Shown here piece by piece: positions 35,519 through 38,952 of a stretch of 38,952 nucleotides of DNA (position 1 is its first letter; each line of letters starts with the position of its first letter). The notes under the pieces are model-generated. The model had not been told where the DNA came from and did not search any database. It saw nothing but the letters and a program-made list of their open reading frames with translations. Position numbers and translations under genes: made by a program. Source of the stretch: a virus; UHGV virus genome UHGV-0036741. One strand, 5' to 3'.

Positions 35519-36058
35519 ACTCTCAGGTTTGGCGTAGTGTTTCTCAATGCGGCCCACTACGTCCGACTTCATGTACTCGAATTCCTTATGAGACCCATCG
35601 GTGTGCCATTGGCGCAGCACATAGCGGTCATCCAGTTCTTCCCAAGCGAGGCCGTCAACGGTAAGACCACAAGGGCCGACTCCGTGTTTGAACTCGGTGG
35701 TCGTTAGGCCCAACTGTGGGACCATCGCCTTGAACTTGATGCCTATGAGACTCTTGCGCTTACCTTCAAGTTTAAGGATGACTGACTGTAGGTTGAGGCG
35801 CTTCTGTGCTGAATCTCTCAGGTCTCGGCAGAGCGACTCGGTATGTGCCTTTAGGTCGGCGACGTCCTTCTCTAATGACATGCGCATCTTACGGGCCTGT
35901 ACCAACTCATAGTCGGACTTGTTGTACAACTCTCGCCATCTTTCAGTAGTCTTACGGGCCTCTTTGGTCTCCTTGCGGGACTCTTTCAGGTTCTTCCAGA
36001 GGCAGATTGACGTTGCAGCTAGAGCACAAGTTGTGAAGATGAAACCTAAAGTAATCAT
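35513..36058 (-). CDS. Hypothetical 181-aa protein with an N-terminal transmembrane helix and central coiled coil, at the gene 1.05 position between the origin-proximal promoters
   Basis: MITLGFIFTTCALAATSICLW followed by a charged heptad-like region KESRKETKEARKTTERWRELYNK...LEKDVADLKAHTESLCRDLRDSAQKRLNLQ, then a C-terminal globular part. T7 has no gene here. Confidence 0.6.
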   Translation of the reverse strand: MITLGFIFTTCALAATSICLWKNLKESRKETKEARKTTERWRELYNKSDYELVQARKMRMSLEKDVADLKAHTESLCRDLRDSAQKRLNLQSVILKLEGKRKSLIGIKFKAMVPQLGLTTTEFKHGVGPCGLTVDGLAWEELDDRYVLRQWHTDGSHKEFEYMKSDVVGRIEKHYAKPESI

Positions 36059-36059
36059 A

Positions 36060-36140
36060 AAGTAATCTCTCTCTTAGTATTAAGTCTTAAATTTAAACCT
36101 TAAAGTACCTAAAGTAAATCTCTAAGTACCTTAAGGTGTC
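36060..36140 (-). other. AT-rich block downstream of the first class II promoter: candidate primary origin of replication
   Basis: About 75 percent A+T with reiterated CTTAAAG / CCTAAAGT motifs. Position is equivalent to the T7 primary origin (phi1.1A/B plus AT-rich region). Confidence 0.5.
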
Positions 36141-36141
36141 T

Positions 36142-36164
36142 CTTCCTGTTAGTGAGGGTTTATT
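36142..36164 (-). promoter_or_regulatory. T3-type promoter, CTGTTAG variant (phi1.05 / phi1.1A-like)
   Basis: CTTCCTGTTAGTGAGGGTTTATT, 12 nt downstream of the gene 1 stop. Confidence 0.7.
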
Positions 36165-36175
36165 CTAAGTCATTG

Positions 36176-38830
36176 TTATGCAAAGGCAAAGTCCGACTTG
36201 AGAATGTCTTGAAGATTCAGCTTTCCTTTCTTCGGAAGCGGAGGCATCTTGTCGAGCTGCGACTCGTGTAACTGGTCTGCGAACTGGTCGTAGAAGTCAG
36301 CCAGCACATCGTTAGACTCATAAGTGATGACCATCGTCTCACGGACTGCCTTAAAGAGCTTACCAGCGTCTGCCGGGATGGTCCCAAAGGAATCATGGAT
36401 GAGCGCAAAGGACTCGACTCCGTACTTCTCATGGGCATACACAACGGTCATCCGAAGGTGACTACCATCCTGTGAGTGAACGAAGTTAGGTGCGATTCCA
36501 GACTCCTGTTTGTGGGCGTCAATGCCTGAATCCTTGAGGGTATTAATCGTCGGTTGCAGACGGAATTGCCCTAAGAAAATCATGTCGAGACGCTTCTGGA
36601 GCGGCTTACGGTATTCCTGCCAGACCGGGAAGCCATCCGGTGTAGTCCAGTGAACCGCGCAACGGTGACGCAGAATCTCTTTGGTCTTTTTGTCCTTGAC
36701 CTCAGCGGCTAACAGCTTAGCGGCAGACTTGAGCCAGTTCATCGCCTCAACCGCTGCGACTACTGTCACGCTCACCGCATCCCAAATCAGCTTAGCCATG
36801 TAGCCAGCCGCTTGGTTCGGTTGGGTGAACATCAAGCCCTTACCGCTGTCGATTGCAGGCTGAATGGTATCATCTAGTACCTGTTGACGGAAGCCGAACT
36901 CTTTGGAGCCATAGGCCAGCGTCATTACGGAGCGCTTAGTTACCCCACGGTTGACACCATAAGCTAACCACTGCTCAGCCAGTACCTGCGTACCCAGCTT
37001 GAGCTTCTCAGATATTTCCCCGGTGTCCTTGTCGGTCACTGTGATGACCTCGTTAGGCGTCCCGTTGATTGCGTCCTGCTTAAGAATCTCATTGACTTTC
37101 TGCGCAACGATACCGTAGATATCCTGAACGGTCTCGCTAGGCAGTAGGTTAACCGCACGACCGCCTACCTCATCGCGGAGCATCGCGGAGAAGTGCTGGA
37201 TACCGGAGCATGAACCATCGAACGCCAGCGGCAGCGAGCAGTTATAGCTCAGACCGTGGTGCGCTACGCCTGCATACTCGAAGCAAAACGCGAGGAAACA
37301 AAACGGTGAATCCTGCTCGGCCCACCAAGTGTTGTTGATTGGGTCTTTCGCGCAAGCCAGAATGTCGTCTACGTGCTTCTCAATGAACGCGATGCGCTCA
37401 GGGAAGGGAACCTTATCGACACCCGCACAGTTTGCACCGTGGATTTTCAGCCAGTAGAAACCTTCCTCACCGATTGGTTTCCCTTTAGCGAGGGTCAACA
37501 AGCCTTTCGTCATGTCGTTACCTTGCGGGTTGAACATCGGCACAGCGTACACACGACCGCGCCAGTCCATGTTGTAAGGGAACCAAATGGCTTTCTTGTT
37601 GGCGAACTTATTGGCTTGGTCGAGCATGAACTCTAGGCTAATCCTGCGAGACACGCGAGCTTTATCCAAGCGGTAGATACCAGCGGCAGCTTTCTTCCAC
37701 GCTTTACGTGCGGCCTCGTTGGTGTCAATGTCGTCCGGCTTAGGTGGTAACTCCTGACGCTCAAGCGCCGGGATATCTTCAACCGGACAATTCTTCCAGT
37801 TCACAATCTCATTGACAACCGCGAGGACTTTCTTATTGATTTTCCATGCGGTGTTCTGCGCAATGTTTACCGCCTTGTAAACTTCTGGCATGTACACATC
37901 TTCGTATCGCATCAAGCCCTTCTTAGAGTGAGTGCGAACTAGCGCAAGAGGGCGACGACCGTTAGCCCAATAGCCGCCACCTGTGATTGCTACCCAAGGT
38001 TTCGGAGGGACCACGCAAGGTTGGAACATCGGGCTAATACCAGCCAGAGCACCAGCACGTTTAGCTAACACATCGACGTACTCTTGGGTTAACTGGAGCG
38101 CCTCATGGTCCGAGCCTACGTGACCAGCGTTATGGCGTTGCAGTTCGACCAGACCAGTGGACTCTATGAGCATCTCAATCAGGCGAATGCCCACATGCAT
38201 GGTCGTCTCTTTGTCCCATCCAGACCACGCCTCACCACCTAACAGGCCGCGCCCAATCATATCGGCCTCGACTACCTGCATGAATGCTTTCTTGTAGATT
38301 TGCCCGTGGCGCTTGTTAAGCTGTTCCTCGACGTGCTTCTTAAAGTGCTTCGCTTCGAGGTCACGGATGCGACCGAAACGTGCCTCATCTTCGATGGCCT
38401 TACCGAGCATACCAGCGGCAGACTGAATGGTCGTCATACTGGTACTTGTCAGAGCCGCGAGGATAACTTTGAGCGTGATAAACGCAGAGGATTCAGGCTT
38501 GAGAAGCTGGAGCGGAGCATAAGCGGCTGGCTTACGACCACGTTTAGTTGCGGCCTCTTCGAGCCACTCAACGATGCGAGCGGTCAACTTCGGGAGGAGC
38601 GTAGCGAGTAATGGTTTAGCGGCCTGATTGTCTGCAATCTCACCTGCTTTCGCTTGGCGTTCGAGCATCTTAAGGAAGCGCTTCTCGCCTAACTCATATG
38701 ATTCATGCTCTAAAGCTAACTGCTCTTTAGCTAAAGCGCTACCGTAATGGTCAGCCAGTGTGTTAAACGGTATTGCCGCCAGTTCGATTTCGGAGAAGTC
38801 ATTCTTTTGGATGTTCTCAATGATGTTCAT
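36176..38830 (-). CDS. 1: Single-subunit DNA-dependent RNA polymerase (gene 1), 884 aa, T3 specificity
   Basis: MNIIENIQKNDFSEIELAAIPFNTLADHYG.... At 884 aa it is the T3 RNAP length, and all phage promoters are T3-type. Confidence 0.97.
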   Translation of the reverse strand: MNIIENIQKNDFSEIELAAIPFNTLADHYGSALAKEQLALEHESYELGEKRFLKMLERQAKAGEIADNQAAKPLLATLLPKLTARIVEWLEEAATKRGRKPAAYAPLQLLKPESSAFITLKVILAALTSTSMTTIQSAAGMLGKAIEDEARFGRIRDLEAKHFKKHVEEQLNKRHGQIYKKAFMQVVEADMIGRGLLGGEAWSGWDKETTMHVGIRLIEMLIESTGLVELQRHNAGHVGSDHEALQLTQEYVDVLAKRAGALAGISPMFQPCVVPPKPWVAITGGGYWANGRRPLALVRTHSKKGLMRYEDVYMPEVYKAVNIAQNTAWKINKKVLAVVNEIVNWKNCPVEDIPALERQELPPKPDDIDTNEAARKAWKKAAAGIYRLDKARVSRRISLEFMLDQANKFANKKAIWFPYNMDWRGRVYAVPMFNPQGNDMTKGLLTLAKGKPIGEEGFYWLKIHGANCAGVDKVPFPERIAFIEKHVDDILACAKDPINNTWWAEQDSPFCFLAFCFEYAGVAHHGLSYNCSLPLAFDGSCSGIQHFSAMLRDEVGGRAVNLLPSETVQDIYGIVAQKVNEILKQDAINGTPNEVITVTDKDTGEISEKLKLGTQVLAEQWLAYGVNRGVTKRSVMTLAYGSKEFGFRQQVLDDTIQPAIDSGKGLMFTQPNQAAGYMAKLIWDAVSVTVVAAVEAMNWLKSAAKLLAAEVKDKKTKEILRHRCAVHWTTPDGFPVWQEYRKPLQKRLDMIFLGQFRLQPTINTLKDSGIDAHKQESGIAPNFVHSQDGSHLRMTVVYAHEKYGVESFALIHDSFGTIPADAGKLFKAVRETMVITYESNDVLADFYDQFADQLHESQLDKMPPLPKKGKLNLQDILKSDFAFA

Positions 38831-38857
38831 TGCTTGCCTCTTTGTGTTAATAAATCG

Positions 38858-38900
38858 TATCTATTCAGGCCACCGAGCGATGACCTGTAAGATAAGACTC
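38858..38900 (-). promoter_or_regulatory. RNase III site R1-like between 0.7 and gene 1
   Basis: TTCAGGCCACCGAGCGATGACCTGTAAG, family motif. Confidence 0.45.
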
Positions 38901-38902
38901 TA

Positions 38903-38952
38903 TCAGCCTAGCAGTCGTGCGTCAAGATATGCATCAATGTGTATCGGCTTAC
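38903..38952 (-). CDS. 0.7: Gene 0.7 C-terminal 16 codons plus stop (in phase with 1..1060 when window ends are joined)
   Basis: Minus-strand KPIHIDAYLDARLLG-stop resembles the T7 gp0.7 C-terminus NIDKQLDAMLMG. Phase is continuous with position 1. Confidence 0.6.
   Translation of the reverse strand, partial: KPIHIDAYLDARLLG

Overview
The window is essentially a complete genome of a T3-type podophage (Autographiviridae, T7 supergroup), presented as the reverse complement. Every gene lies on the minus strand, in order from gene 0.7 at low coordinates through 0.3, the genome ends, then 19.5 back to gene 1 at high coordinates. The molecule is circularly closed: the gene 0.7 reading frame runs off position 1 and resumes in phase at position 38952, and there is a single copy of the terminal repeat at about 2819-3031. 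Fifteen phage promoters match the T3 RNA polymerase consensus (minus-strand AATTAACCCTCACTAAAGGGAGA, seen on the plus strand as TCTCCCTTTAGTGAGGGTTAATT), and the encoded 884-aa single-subunit RNAP is T3-like. The canonical T7/T3 gene set is recognisable by protein similarity and synteny: 0.3 SAM lyase, 0.7 kinase, RNAP, ligase, 2.5 SSB, endonuclease I, lysozyme, primase-helicase, DNA polymerase, exonuclease, portal, scaffold, capsid, tail tube A/B, internal core proteins, tail fibre, holin, terminase, spanins and 19.5. Tphi and TE terminators, a conserved RNase III hairpin family, sigma70 early promoters, an AT-rich origin block and CCTAAAG short repeats flank the terminal repeat. Five regions depart from canonical T3/T7 and are where undescribed biology is most likely. 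(1) A 133-aa gene translationally coupled between tail fibre gene 17 and holin gene 17.5. (2) A gene 17 with a divergent distal half. (3) A long 10B capsid extension with Ig-like domains, reached by a -1 frameshift at a CCCAAAG heptamer. (4) A 181-aa membrane-anchored coiled-coil protein inserted between the two origin-proximal promoters. (5) A strongly acidic 114-aa protein at the gene 5.9 position. No tRNA genes, CRISPR arrays, integrases or transposases were seen. Plus-strand ORFs are judged spurious.
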